Positions 7,856 through 20,000 of a stretch of 64,000 nucleotides of DNA are shown here, in pieces (within the stretch, counting starts at the first letter, position 1; each line of letters begins with the position of its first letter). This stretch comes from an uncultured virus (IMG/VR IMGVR_UViG_3300046501_000552). Taxonomy: Duplodnaviria; Heunggongvirae; Uroviricota; Caudoviricetes. Both the position numbers and the translations under genes were made by a program. Below the pieces are notes generated by a model. It did not search any database and was not told the DNA's origin. It saw only the letters and a program-made list of their open reading frames with translations. The stretch covers positions 1-64,000 of the IMG/VR virus record IMGVR_UViG_3300046501_000552; one strand, given 5' to 3'.

Positions 7856-10800
7856 TTAGCTCTTGTAGGCAGCGACTGCTCGTTGGGCAATCACGTCCAG
7901 CAGGGTAGTGGTGGTGCCAATGATCGCAGGGCTATTCACAATACGATCGTAGACACTCTTGTAACCGAATACGCAGTCGATGACTGTGCCCGACTCCGTC
8001 TTCAGTTCGTTCTCCATCACCTTACCGAACACCGTCTTCATCTGGTTGGCAAACACACCCTTGTCACCGACCCCTGCGCTCACATCAGCCGTGATGTAGA
8101 TCTGAATCGCCACTGTATCCAACGCCAGTGGTTCTCCATCGACCCGGAAGCCCTCATCGGTACTTCCCGTGAAGCCCTTTCGTCCAGCGGACTTATGGCG
8201 CTTCGCCATCTCACGATCCGACATGTTCGTCAGTTGCCGCAGCGACTCCGACATGTCCTCTTTGTCCCCGTGATAGAAGACTTCAATACGCTCAACCACA
8301 CCCTTGGTCTTGGAGAGCGGCACCTGAGCAGACAGATTGCGCAAGGTGTCCAGCGACTCCTCATCAAAGAGGTGATTGTTCGCGGTGACCGCGTCCTCGA
8401 TTATGCATAAGATGTCCTCGCTGCCCACGCGCTGGCCGGTTTTCACCAACCGATGCACGGCTTGATCGAAGTTCACCACGATCTTACGCACCTTGGTGGT
8501 CTTCGTGGTCAAGAGACCCGACACCCGTTTGCTAATCGCCGAGGAGTCTTCCAGGGTATCGGTCGACTCCAACAGAACCGTCTTGACAATCGTCCCAGCC
8601 TTCCACACCACCTGATTCGGATTCAACGTATCGCGCTCGAAGAATCCGGTGTTGTGACACAAGAGGTCGCCTGCCTTAAACACTTGACCTTCAACGACGT
8701 CAGCGACTACTTCATGCGCGACGGTAAGACCCGCTGCGTTGCCATAACGACGACCCAGTTCGATCCCTTTGCGCGTACCATCGGCGTACTCGATCACCAT
8801 GCCGGTGTCCGAGACGCTGATCACCTTGCCGTCCTTCTTGGCCGTATAGGCGTAGAGGTCTGAAGTCCGATGCGCGAGCACCTGTTCATAGCCGGTACGC
8901 ACCGAGGCTTGCGTGTAACCCGCGCAGGCAATCCCGTGAGAATGCTGAATACCCACGAAGTTCACCCGCTTCGCATCATCGCGATCCGAGCCCGGTGACA
9001 AGAGCGCCGCAGTTGAGAGCAGGGCCGTCGCACCCGTCACTCCAATCTCGTACGGATTAGAGGTCCCGCGCAGTGAGTTAAACTGCGGGTCCGCCGACAG
9101 GTAGGTGTTGATCGCCACGTCGGAGGAGTCCTTGGTCGACTCGGAGATGGTCCCCATGTCGTTGCGATGGTACTGACGCGTGCGCTTGGTCATCGAGCGC
9201 GACCCCCGTCCACCGGTCCCCGAGAACGTGACGGCCTCGACGTCTTTCAGGTTTTCCACCGGATTGATGTCCGATACCTGGTTCTTGGCCGGGTCGGTCT
9301 GAATCGCCGTCCAGACAGCGTACGGGTTCAGGTCGATCGGATGCTTGTTCTTGCCCGGGCGGCCGTTATGAATCCGAATCGCCCGAATCAGTTCCGCATA
9401 CACCGCCCCTGCCATACGCTCGTAGCCCTTGATCCGCATGTACTTCGGATCGAGCTCGTCGGGGTGGGTATCCGAGAGTAGCATCTCCACCGAGCGCACC
9501 AACAGCCCCTGGAACGTCAGCGGCTCTTTCATGCCCTGCAAGATTTCCCGTGTGATCGGATCGATAAACATCTGGTACATCAAATCGATCTCACGCAGGT
9601 AACGCTCCGAGCGACCATTGCCTTCGAGGATGTTCAGATAGACGCCGCGCCGATCAAACTCGAACACACTGTAGTTACGGATCTGTCGATGGAACTCGTT
9701 AAAGCCGCCGAGGATCATCGCCGCGAAGGTGTTATCGCGCGGGAAGATCAGCGTCTCATCCGAGAACGCAATCGCGTACTCGTTATCTTGCAGGTTCAGA
9801 CGCTGGCCCGCGTTCACACGGCGTGCCGTCACCTTCAGCGCCCGCATGAGCTTTTCCAAGCCCATTTGGTAGCCCAATACCACCGCCAGCGGAATCGTCC
9901 GACCCAGTACCTTGAGCTCCGCAAACTCCACCGGGGCTTTCTTGGCTTCCAGATCCAGCAACTGCTCAAAGCCCGGCAGAGCGTCATCGGTATTCTGAAT
10001 CACACCATCGATCAAACCGACCAGGGCCATCGAGTTATCCGGATACATGACGATATACTCACCGCCTTCCGCCTGCCCGCAGATGATCTTACCTTCGCTT
10101 TCGAGCGCCGCCAAGACGTCCGGTCCGTAGAGCTTCTCACGCTTTGAGTGATCAAAGAGGAAGTTGAGCTTCTTCGAGAAATGGGCCGAATCCACCGTGA
10201 AACCCCGAAAGCCCATCGCCATGGATGAATACAGACGCGGCGCTTCAAAGAGGTTGTCGAACACGTCGCCCGGATGCAGATTCACCACCGTGGTGTTCTC
10301 GTTATCCAGTCCCATCGCCATGATCGCATTACGCATCCACTGCGAACGATCGTTCACGCGTTTTTCGCTCCGTGACACAAACACCTTACCGTAGTAAGAC
10401 GTCAGCGCCACCCGATCCGGTGCAATCTTACGAATCGGCATGTCACCCTTTTGCTTACGGATGCGATAGCGCGTACCGTTGGCCATGTAAGTGCCATCGT
10501 CTTGCAACAGCGGCAGCTTAAAGTGCAAGGTAGAGGCCGTGCCCTGCACCGGCACAATCCGTACGTGGTACATCACGTACGAGCCCATCACATCCTCCAC
10601 TTCTTCACGCTCGTAGGACGTCACGCAGATCCCGGCGTTTTGCAACGCCAGTACCATGCCTGCCACATCCTTTTCCAGCAGCGTCTCGATGTAGCGCTGG
10701 TCGAACTCCAGCAGCGACGATTTTAACATCGTCTTATCCAGCACGGTCGGAATGTCCTTGATGGCGGGCGATTCCACGATCTTGGTTTCGTGTGGCTGGA

Positions 10801-12394
10801 CTTGCGAGAAGTCGTGCAGGTTACCTTCGCCCTTGGGCGCAGGCAGGTTCTTGGGCGACTGTGCCAGTTGCGTGAAACGACGATACTCCGCCGCACTGAC
10901 CATCCCGTCATCCGCCAGGCGATTGAGCAAAGCAATCACGCCGTCTTCCGGTTGCGGCACGTCATTCAGCTCGACCACTTCCGCCGGATGCGGAATCTCA
11001 CCCGCGCTCACCGCGACGGCTTGACGACTGAGCTTATCGAGCGTTTGCAGATCCTTTTCAATCTGCGCGTCTTCAGTCGGATCAAAGACAAAGTCCTCGG
11101 CCTTCTCGGTCGGGGTGAATTCATCGGTCGGGGTGCTCTTGACCGAGTTGGTCTTCACTGCCGTCGGCTTCAGAATTGCTTCGCCCGTAATCGGATCGAC
11201 CTTGGGGAGACTGCCCGTTTGCTTGAAGGTCGGCAAGAGACTCTCGTCTTCCTCGTCGTCCTTGTTTGCATCGAACTGCTCATCGGGATCGTAATGCTGC
11301 GCTTCCGGTACGCCATCGGCGCTCGCGTCTTGCGCATCCGCCGCCTGGATCGACTCTTCGTCTTGGGCGGCGTCTTCAGCTTCCGGACCCACATCCGTTC
11401 GCACTTGGAAGAGCGACATCGACATGCGCAGCAAGCGACGCTGCATCTGCACCGGCGACAGTCCCTTTTGATTCGCCTGCGGATTCGCCGCGAGCTCTTC
11501 CTCGGTCGCCACGCGCCAGCGATTGATGACACCCAGATTCACCACGAACCACCGACCCGATTCCGTGAAGATCAGATTCACGCGATCCAGATGCTCATCA
11601 TTGACGTTGGCAATCAGCGAGCTATGGCGGGCGTCGCCTGCCCACTTCCACAGCTCGAGCAGCATCAGGGCTTCGGGCGTATGGAACACCTTGAGCGTAC
11701 GCTGGTTCATTGCTTCCATCGCTACGCTATCCACATAGTGGGGCGAGGCTTGCACCAGATCCAGATACTCCTGATCGACGGACTCTAGCGCCAGCTTGAT
11801 ACCTTCGGCGGCATGGCTCAGCACGTCGCCTTCGATAAGCGACTCCGAGGCAATGCGCAAATCCGTCAAGCCCGGCAAAATCTTCGGCAGCCGGATTTCG
11901 ATGAACTGATGCCGGGTCGAGTCTTTCGCCAGATCGCCAATGCGCTTCCAGACCGTGGCTGCAATATTGTACCAGCGGTTGTACTCCGCAAACATCGAGC
12001 GCTGATAACGGTAGAGCCCCGCCAGAAAGCCGTAGTTCATCACGAACGGGACATTCACATCGCGCAGCGCAGCGTTCAGGTTGATCTGACGACGAAACCG
12101 GCGATGATGCTGGTGGTACTTGCGAATCTCGGTTTCCACCGGCACTGCGACCCGCCGTGGCATGCCCTTGTCCGAGAGCAACTCGATCTGATGCATGATC
12201 GGGATGGGACGCGCCACATGCCGAAAGAGAAACTCATCCGAACGCGGGCCGATATCCACCGCGCTTTCACTCACGTAGTGAAAGATCGACTCACGCGGCA
12301 GCTCCAGCAAATCGAGCTTGGGCATGGGTGGGTTCGTCAACTGCGAAGCCGTGCGCACACCAAAGCGTCGAAAGAAGTTGTTGTAGAAAATCAT
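7856..12394 (-). CDS. rpoB: virion RNA polymerase beta-like subunit, large piece (phiKZ gp178-like)
   Basis: 1512 aa; beta-subunit motifs LPLLQDDGTYMANG, SDRDDAKRV, VRTGYE, EDSSAIS, GVGDKGVFANQMKTV. Confidence 0.9.
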   Translation of the reverse strand: MIFYNNFFRRFGVRTASQLTNPPMPKLDLLELPRESIFHYVSESAVDIGPRSDEFLFRHVARPIPIMHQIELLSDKGMPRRVAVPVETEIRKYHQHHRRFRRQINLNAALRDVNVPFVMNYGFLAGLYRYQRSMFAEYNRWYNIAATVWKRIGDLAKDSTRHQFIEIRLPKILPGLTDLRIASESLIEGDVLSHAAEGIKLALESVDQEYLDLVQASPHYVDSVAMEAMNQRTLKVFHTPEALMLLELWKWAGDARHSSLIANVNDEHLDRVNLIFTESGRWFVVNLGVINRWRVATEEELAANPQANQKGLSPVQMQRRLLRMSMSLFQVRTDVGPEAEDAAQDEESIQAADAQDASADGVPEAQHYDPDEQFDANKDDEEDESLLPTFKQTGSLPKVDPITGEAILKPTAVKTNSVKSTPTDEFTPTEKAEDFVFDPTEDAQIEKDLQTLDKLSRQAVAVSAGEIPHPAEVVELNDVPQPEDGVIALLNRLADDGMVSAAEYRRFTQLAQSPKNLPAPKGEGNLHDFSQVQPHETKIVESPAIKDIPTVLDKTMLKSSLLEFDQRYIETLLEKDVAGMVLALQNAGICVTSYEREEVEDVMGSYVMYHVRIVPVQGTASTLHFKLPLLQDDGTYMANGTRYRIRKQKGDMPIRKIAPDRVALTSYYGKVFVSRSEKRVNDRSQWMRNAIMAMGLDNENTTVVNLHPGDVFDNLFEAPRLYSSMAMGFRGFTVDSAHFSKKLNFLFDHSKREKLYGPDVLAALESEGKIICGQAEGGEYIVMYPDNSMALVGLIDGVIQNTDDALPGFEQLLDLEAKKAPVEFAELKVLGRTIPLAVVLGYQMGLEKLMRALKVTARRVNAGQRLNLQDNEYAIAFSDETLIFPRDNTFAAMILGGFNEFHRQIRNYSVFEFDRRGVYLNILEGNGRSERYLREIDLMYQMFIDPITREILQGMKEPLTFQGLLVRSVEMLLSDTHPDELDPKYMRIKGYERMAGAVYAELIRAIRIHNGRPGKNKHPIDLNPYAVWTAIQTDPAKNQVSDINPVENLKDVEAVTFSGTGGRGSRSMTKRTRQYHRNDMGTISESTKDSSDVAINTYLSADPQFNSLRGTSNPYEIGVTGATALLSTAALLSPGSDRDDAKRVNFVGIQHSHGIACAGYTQASVRTGYEQVLAHRTSDLYAYTAKKDGKVISVSDTGMVIEYADGTRKGIELGRRYGNAAGLTVAHEVVADVVEGQVFKAGDLLCHNTGFFERDTLNPNQVVWKAGTIVKTVLLESTDTLEDSSAISKRVSGLLTTKTTKVRKIVVNFDQAVHRLVKTGQRVGSEDILCIIEDAVTANNHLFDEESLDTLRNLSAQVPLSKTKGVVERIEVFYHGDKEDMSESLRQLTNMSDREMAKRHKSAGRKGFTGSTDEGFRVDGEPLALDTVAIQIYITADVSAGVGDKGVFANQMKTVFGKVMENELKTESGTVIDCVFGYKSVYDRIVNSPAIIGTTTTLLDVIAQRAVAAYKS

Positions 12395-14019
12395 GAATCG
12401 TAACCTGTCAGATTGTGGAACACCAAGGACACGGTCGAGACTTCGATACTGGACATGAAGGAGCCGTCGGTACCGACGTAGGCGCGCTTCTTACTCAGGT
12501 GTGCCTTGACTTCCGCGATGGATTCGTCCGAGTACGTGACGTTACCCGAAGCGGTATCGCCGTCAAAGTCCGCGCCCAGTTTGCCAAGCTTGGCTGAGTG
12601 CGGCACCAGCGAGTTGATAAACGCACCGCCCGTAATCGGGAACTGATACGCCACCGGCGCATCCAGTCGTAGTTGCCACTGCTCATCGAGCTCCTTGCGA
12701 ACCTCAGCCTTAATCGTCGTCTTCACATAGGCGAGCGACGGATAGATCGAGCCCACCCCGGTCACCGGGTAACGCGTCACAAAGAGCGGCAAGCCATTGA
12801 TGGCCTGGAAGGTCGACAGATAGAGCAGCTCACAAAAGGTGAGCGGCGTCACATCTTTGCGACTGCGCTCAATGGGCACATCACCAATGTCCTGGAAGAT
12901 CTTGTAGGTCCCGTCCGGGCCCTTGTAAATGAGACCGAGGTAATAGCCTTCAATCTCCAGCGGCTTATGGCGCAGGTCCTCGTCTCCAAACGACGTGATC
13001 ACCTTCTCGATGCCTTCGTTGGTCATCCAGCGATCGTAGCTTTGCGTCTTGAGTGTGACTTCGACTGGGCGCAGCGTCTTCTTGTCAATCAGCTTTACCG
13101 GCCGACCCACTTCAAAGAACACCTTGGAGAGAAAGCCGTTGCGAATGTTGTACATCGCAATCGGACGCGCCGCTTTCAACATCTGGTACAGGCCGATCAC
13201 GGTGTTATTAAAGCCCACCGCGTCGGGTGCCCCCAGATAGGGACTGGACGTATCCATCGCCGTAATCACGTTTCGCGTGCCGTCCTGAATCCGCCGACTG
13301 GCCCACTTGCCCATCAGCAGCTTCTTCTTGCCCTGCACCATGTTTTCCAGCATGTCGTACAACTGGTTAAAGGTGAGCTGCAAGTTGTAGCGTGCGGTGT
13401 TGATCACTTCCGGTGCAGTCTTGACCGACGCTTCGGAGATGGTGTTGGAGATCGCCAGCAGCTTGCGGTAAAAGGTGTTGATTTCATCCATCTGCACCCG
13501 ACCGCCATCGAGCTCCACGTCACGCATCCCCGCAGGCATCACAATCACTTTGCTGGTGAGCGCCACGCTCTGGAACTTCTTCAAGAGCGACACATTCATT
13601 TCCCGTGTCACACTCTTGGTGTCACCGAATTCGATGAGCTTCCAGTATTCCAGAAAGAATGCGTAGCCGGTACGGCCGGTAATTGAATTGCTGCGCTCAA
13701 AGTCTTTGGTTTCCGGATTCCACACCGCGTACTCAGTGCCTGCCATAATCGCAGCATAGAGGCGCTTGAGCTGGGCGAGTGCCCGATAGATCACCGGATG
13801 GAACACCGGGGCCTTGATGTCAACAAACGAAAAGCGCTGACTCCGGCGCTCATCCCCGACTTTGCCGAAGATGCTCACCGAGAAGAGTCCGCCTTCGTCG
13901 AAGTTGTGGGTCGCGCCATCGAAGATGTCTTGCTTCGTAACAGGTTTCACACCCACGAGCTTTTTCTCCGTGAGTTCAAGGATACTCACGTTAAATGGGA
14001 CTTCGCTTTTCTGGGGCAT
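12391..14019 (-). CDS. rpoC: virion RNA polymerase beta'-like catalytic subunit (phiKZ gp180-like)
   Basis: GADFDGD catalytic Mg-binding motif, GLFSVSIFG, TRYP; ATGA overlap with the beta gene. Confidence 0.92.
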   Translation of the reverse strand: MPQKSEVPFNVSILELTEKKLVGVKPVTKQDIFDGATHNFDEGGLFSVSIFGKVGDERRSQRFSFVDIKAPVFHPVIYRALAQLKRLYAAIMAGTEYAVWNPETKDFERSNSITGRTGYAFFLEYWKLIEFGDTKSVTREMNVSLLKKFQSVALTSKVIVMPAGMRDVELDGGRVQMDEINTFYRKLLAISNTISEASVKTAPEVINTARYNLQLTFNQLYDMLENMVQGKKKLLMGKWASRRIQDGTRNVITAMDTSSPYLGAPDAVGFNNTVIGLYQMLKAARPIAMYNIRNGFLSKVFFEVGRPVKLIDKKTLRPVEVTLKTQSYDRWMTNEGIEKVITSFGDEDLRHKPLEIEGYYLGLIYKGPDGTYKIFQDIGDVPIERSRKDVTPLTFCELLYLSTFQAINGLPLFVTRYPVTGVGSIYPSLAYVKTTIKAEVRKELDEQWQLRLDAPVAYQFPITGGAFINSLVPHSAKLGKLGADFDGDTASGNVTYSDESIAEVKAHLSKKRAYVGTDGSFMSSIEVSTVSLVFHNLTGYDS

Positions 14020-14096
14020 ATATCTTATCCTGCGGGTTTTAAGCCCAAACCTATGAGGGGCTCACGTGCAGCCCGACATCATTGGAGCCTGTGTTT

Positions 14097-17000
14097 ATGG
14101 CCAAGCAACAAAAATTCACGTTGAACGATTTCCAGTTCGACAAGAACCTTGACGTGCCTGATTTCGATTTCGATCTCAAGCCGCCGAAGGATAACCGCAA
14201 GCCGGTTACCAAAGTCGCTGCGGGCCTGAAAGAAGGCATCAGCCTGTCGGCGAAGAACTCCGAGTTTATCAAGGGCGTCATTGAGAAAGCACTGCCTCGG
14301 GGATACGGCTCCGCGTATGATCTCGCCGAGAAATCGTTCGGATCGATAAAAAGTCTATACGATGATACGACCAAGGAAATCCGGCCGTTCATGAACGACT
14401 TGAAGCGCACGACGGCACGCTTGCTCCCGAAGGTGGAGCAGGCGATGCCGGACAAGCTCAAGAAGCAAGTGAAGGACTGGACTGAGACGGCGGACGCCAA
14501 ACCGGGCAGCTCGAACTATGATCCTCGCGAAGCCGAGATCAGTGCGATGCTTGCAGGCTTCGCCCAGGTTCAGTCCGAACTCCAATACAAACAAACCACT
14601 GAATCAGACACCAAGGATCGACTCCGTGAAGGCCTCGAACAAGTCCGCCATCGGGACAAGCTTAAGCAGATGGACTCGCTGCGCGTTGGCATTGCTCAGC
14701 TTGTGGATTACCAGTCCAACGTTACCGCTAACTACCATCGCAAGTCGCTCGAGCTCCAGTACCGCCATTACTTCGTTGCTGTAGACGCACTGGAAGAAAC
14801 CAAGCGCAGCAACGCAGAGATGCGCCTGCTCTTGCAAAGCGTGGTGCACAATACGGCGCTACCCGAGCAAGCCAAGCTCAAGGCTTCGGACACCTTCAAG
14901 GACATGGCCAAGCAACAGGCCATGAAGCTGATTGGCGGCACCATTCTTGGGCGCGGCCAGGAGTTCTTGAACAATCTCACCGGGAACCTGAAGAAGAACG
15001 CCTTGCGCACGGTGAAGGGCGGGCTGGGTCATGGTCGCTCAGGGATGGACATGTTAAACGGCGTCCTGGATGCTGATGACATGGCGCGTGCAATGGGCAT
15101 GCAAACCGATCCGTATCATGCTGGCGGGATGGTGGCCGGTGCGTTTGGCACAGGCATCATCGGGCAGTGGCTCGCTAAGAAGATGGCGCCGCACTTGCAA
15201 AAGATGCCAGGTGTAAAGAAGTTCGGTAACAAATTGCAGTACGGCGTTGAGAACGTGCCGCAGATGCTCGGCGAATGGGCGCGCTCGAACAAGCACGAGA
15301 ATGGTGGCATCACCGACGGTCTGGTACGCTTCTTGAAGATGAACGTCAGGAGCTCGCAGAAGATGCAAACCGGTCTGCAAAAGGATACCGTTGAAGGCAT
15401 GGGGGAGCCGTCCTACTTTAGCCGTCAGTCGGCAAAGTCGTTGAACGAGATCATTCCTGGCTACCTCGCCCGGATTCTGCGTGAGTTGCAAGTCACCCGC
15501 ACCGGGGACCCGAACGTCGAGATGACGCATTATGACTACACCAAGAACAAGTTCGACACGCAAAGCAATGTGCGTACGAACGCGTTTAAGTCCCTGGTCA
15601 AAGACAACGAGCGCAAGTGGACCACCGAGTCGATCGATAGCCTGATCGATGAAGTTACCACTAAGACGGGCAAAACCCTCACCCCGGAACAGAAGAAGAT
15701 TCTCGGTAGTCAGCTCTTGCGTAACAACGTCAAGGGTCGCCTAGGTGGGGAAGAGGTGCTCGGTAACCGGCGCCGTTATGATGGTGATGCCGCACCGCAC
15801 GCTGATGCGTTTGCCGATCTGTTTAAGACGTACTTCCGCAACGATCACGATAACGAGCGCAAGCACTCGTTTGCCAATGCGTACAATGCATTTGGTCAGT
15901 ATGCGTCCGCCTCGCGTGAAAAGGTCCAGCATTTTTCCAATCTGGGCATGAACGACTTCTTGAATGAGGCGGGCCTGCTTAATGATGACGAAGATGGCGT
16001 GAAGCTCGAGCAGTTCTTTGACTACTATTACGGCAAGGACTTTAACCCGGCCGCGGGGAGTACTGCGAATGGTTTTCGTCCCGCTCAGGCTGGGGCAGCC
16101 GCGGCTGCTGTGGGTCCGCGTCGTCGTCGGCGGCGCGGCAATGCAGGCAGTATTGGTCGCGCAAATCGCGGTGGGGTGCATCAAGCCCTGTCTCAATTGG
16201 CAGCGGGTCCGGTCCCGTCCTTTGCAACGCCTGGTCTGATTACGCCGAGCTTTGTACCGACGACCGCTAATGCGGGTGCCTATAGCCCGCAACCGAACGC
16301 CGCCGTCGGCACGCCCAAGTATCGTCAGCAGTTGGCGAACTACTTGCAAAAGCTGGGAGTACCGGTTCAGCAAGTCAATGCGCTGGTGGAGCAAACTGTT
16401 TCTGCCATGGGAGCAACGGCGCACGGTGCAGTACAAGGTGCGGCAGGTTTGCAAGCCGCGGGTACGCAACGCGCTGGCGGGTTCTTTAGCAATGCACGAG
16501 ATCACGCGCGTGAGTTTGCTAACCGGACGGCTTCGGGTGCACGCGCGCTGCATGAGAATGCCAAGAACCACATCGAGACGTTGCTCGAGAAGCTCTCTGA
16601 AGGTGTAGGGTCCATTAGCGATGGGATCAAGGCCATCCAGGAACGTTTCGCCGAAGCGCTGCCAGTGATGGTGGTCGGTAACGCCGCAGATGGTTCGATC
16701 CCGACGGGTGCCGCAGGTACGGGTCGCAAGGTACGCTGGTGGAACAAGTCCATCAAGGACGGTGTCAAGAGCCTCGCCTCGGGCGCATGGGGCGGCATGA
16801 AGAGTGCAGGCAAGCTGGGTAACTGGTTGGTCGGCAGCAGCTTCGGTGGTCTCTTCGGCACGGCCAAGGCGGTGGGCGGTATGGCAACCGGTCTCGCAGG
16901 CAAGGTGATTGACAAGGCCCGCGGCTTTAAGGATGTGTATTCAGAAGAGACAGGTCCGCGTAAGGTCCTGCTCTATGCGGCACGTCTGAAGGCTGGTGAA

Positions 17001-20000
17001 TACTTCGATGTCAAGACGGGCAAACCCGTCAAGACCTGGCGAGATATTCAAGGCGCAGTGGCCGATGCCTCAGGCATTGTCATGACCGAGGAGCAAGCGT
17101 CGACCGCCTATGTGCGAGAAGGGCTCGCTAAGAAGGCCCTAAGGGGGCTGGGTGCCGGTGTCAAGGTCGCCAGCAAGCTCGGTAGCTTCCTCGGTGGCAA
17201 CCTCTTGGGTGGCCCTCTGGCGGGCTACAAAGCGATCGCTAAACTCGGTGAGCTGGCCATCAAAGGCGCGCTGGGTTATGCCAATGGTCCGCAAGATGTG
17301 TACGTATTCGACAAGGATCATCCGAAGCGACTGCGTAAGGCTCTGGACGCGAAGACCATGCGCGCAGGTGGCTATCACTCGGCAGTCAATGACAAAGCCA
17401 TCAAGAGTCCGAAAGACATTGATGGCGAAGTCTACAACTACAAGGGTGTTACGGTACTCGACGAAGAGGAATTCAAGCGCGGTCTCTATGACAAGAACGG
17501 CAACCCGCTCAAACACGGGGTGGCACGACTTCTGTCAGGCGCCACGAAGATTCTCGGCGGTGGGTTCGGCGCGCTTAAGTGGTTGGCTGGGGGTGTGAAC
17601 CAAGGTATCGGTCATGCGTTCGGCCTGGGCAAGGGCATGTTCAGTGGACTGGGTTCCCTCTTTGGCAAGACGGGGATTTTCTTTGGTGGTGGCAAGAAGT
17701 TGATGTCCGCTGTGGAAGAGATTCGTGACTTGCTCAAGGACCGGCTACCTGAACGGCACAGAATCCGCAAGGGTTCGATCGAGGACCAGCACAAGTCGCG
17801 TAAGGAACAGCTCGAAGAGGAATGGAAGAAGCACCTGGGTCAGAACGGCCAAGGTGATGACAGCCAGAAGAAGGGCGGTATTCTCAGCCTGCTCAGTGGT
17901 CTGTTCAAGCGCAAGAAAAAGAAGGACGATGACGAAGACGACTCCAAGGGTGGTCTGGTTGATGGGGTCGAGTCCGCAGTCGAACAAACGATTGCTGATA
18001 AGATCCTCGGCAAGATTCCTGGAGGCAAGCTCCTGCGCAAGATTCCGGGCCTAGGACGACTCTTCGGTAAGGGCGGCGCGGGTGCAGCAGCCGGTGCCGC
18101 TGAAAACATCGTGGGCGGCGCGGCTAAGCAGGGTCTCGGTACCCGCATCATGGGCGGTCTGAAGTGGGGCAAAGGCCTGGGTGCCGGTATGGCGCTCACG
18201 GGTGCCTCGGCGCTGGCCAATGCCACGGGCCACGATACCATTGGAAAGGGGTTGGGTTATGCAGGTGATGCTGCGACTGGGTGGTCTCTTGCTTCTGGGG
18301 CTGCTGGTCTACTCGGTGTTGAAGGTGGAGCATTGGGCCTTGCAGGCGCTGCAGGCGGGACACTCCTTACTGGACTTGGGGCGGTGCTTGCTTCGCCTGT
18401 GCTCTTGCCTGCTCTCGGTATTGCGGCTGCTGGGGCTGCAGTGTACAGCGGCTATCGGCTCCTGACCCGTAACAAGCTCGATGCGCTCTCAAAGATCCGT
18501 TACGCTCAGTATGGTTGGAAGCCCGAGGACGACGGCAATGTGCACAAGGTGTTTGCGTTGGAAAACGCACTGATGCCGGGTGTCACGTACGTCGGTGGTC
18601 AGGCGCAGATTGATCCCAAGAAGGTGGACATTAAGAGCGCAGTCGAAGGCCTGGGTGTCGATCTGAAGGATAAGGATCAGGTGCAGAACTTTGCCACCTG
18701 GTACGTGCGTCGCTTTAAGCCGGTCTTTATCACCCACCTGACCATCTTGAATAACATCAAGAAGGGTACGGCGTTGTCGGATGCCAACGACAAGCTGTCC
18801 TCAGCGGAGAAGAAGACTTTCCTGCAAGGGATTCGCATGCCTGCCGACCCGTATAACTCGATGGTCTCGCCGATTCCGGGCGAGAAGCAATTGAGTGCAG
18901 GGGCTGACGACGTGAAGGCCGTGATGGACGAGGTGCAAGCCGCCAACGATAAGGAGGTCGAGAAAGATAAGGACAAGAAGACCAACGACAAGGCGGACAA
19001 AGCCAAGGACGAGGCTAAGCACGACGCAGCGACGAAGGGCGATAACAAGCCTGAGCCGAGCTGGATGGATAATCTTAAGTCAGGGATCAGTAACGCCTGG
19101 GATAAGACCAAACAGTTTGCAGGCAATGCGTGGGACGCGACGAAGAGTGCTGCCAGCTCAGTAGGTTCGGCGGCGTCGAGTCTCATCTCGGGTGCAGGCG
19201 ATGCCCTGAAGTCCGGCTACCAAGCGGCGAAGGGAGCAGCGGGTAAGATTGGTGCCACCCTCACGGCTTCGGCCTCGGCTATTAAGGGTGCGTTGATTGC
19301 GGCGATGAAAACCGCAGGCATGAGTGACCCGACCGAGCAAGCGATGTTCATGGCACAGATGGACCACGAGAGTGGCGGCTTTAAGTCCCTCTCGGAAAAT
19401 CTGAACTATCGACCCTCGGTGCTCGCGAGTCTCTTTAAGTCGCACTTTAATGGCGAGGGGGATGCCGCTAATGTGGCTGCGGCCGGTCCGCAAGCGATTG
19501 CGAATCGGATCTACGGTGGTCGCATGGGGAACACGGGGCCTGATGATGGCTGGAACTATCGGGGTCGCGGGGTCGTCCAGTTGACGGGTAAAGCCAACTA
19601 CGCCAAGTACGGCAAGATGACTGGTCTGGATCTGGTGAACAATCCGGATCTCGCCTCTGACCCGGCCAATGCCGCTAAGATTGCGCTGGCGTACTGGAAG
19701 GATCGAGTGTCTTCAGCGGCTGCGAAAGCAGGCGATGTGCTCTCGGTCACCAAGGCGATCAACGGTGGCACGAACGGCCTGAGCGATCGGCAGGCGAAGT
19801 TCCAGGCTTACCTCGGTCAGGCGCAGCAAGGCCAGTTGGGTGGCAAACCGGACCCGAATGCCAAGGCAGGGGAGGCGGGTACCCAAGTCGCCTCGACCGG
19901 TGGTGCTCCGGCCACGGGTAGTGCAGGTGGTGCGGGCGCAGCGGGTGCGACAGGCGCAGCAGCAGGCGGGATCATCAAGGTCGCGGATCAGACTCCTGGT

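Noticed and set aside
16118..16140. Poly-Arg run (and KRKKKK near 17910) in the tape measure as a targeting signal
   Set aside because: These are short basic runs within low-complexity linkers, with no supporting evidence of function.
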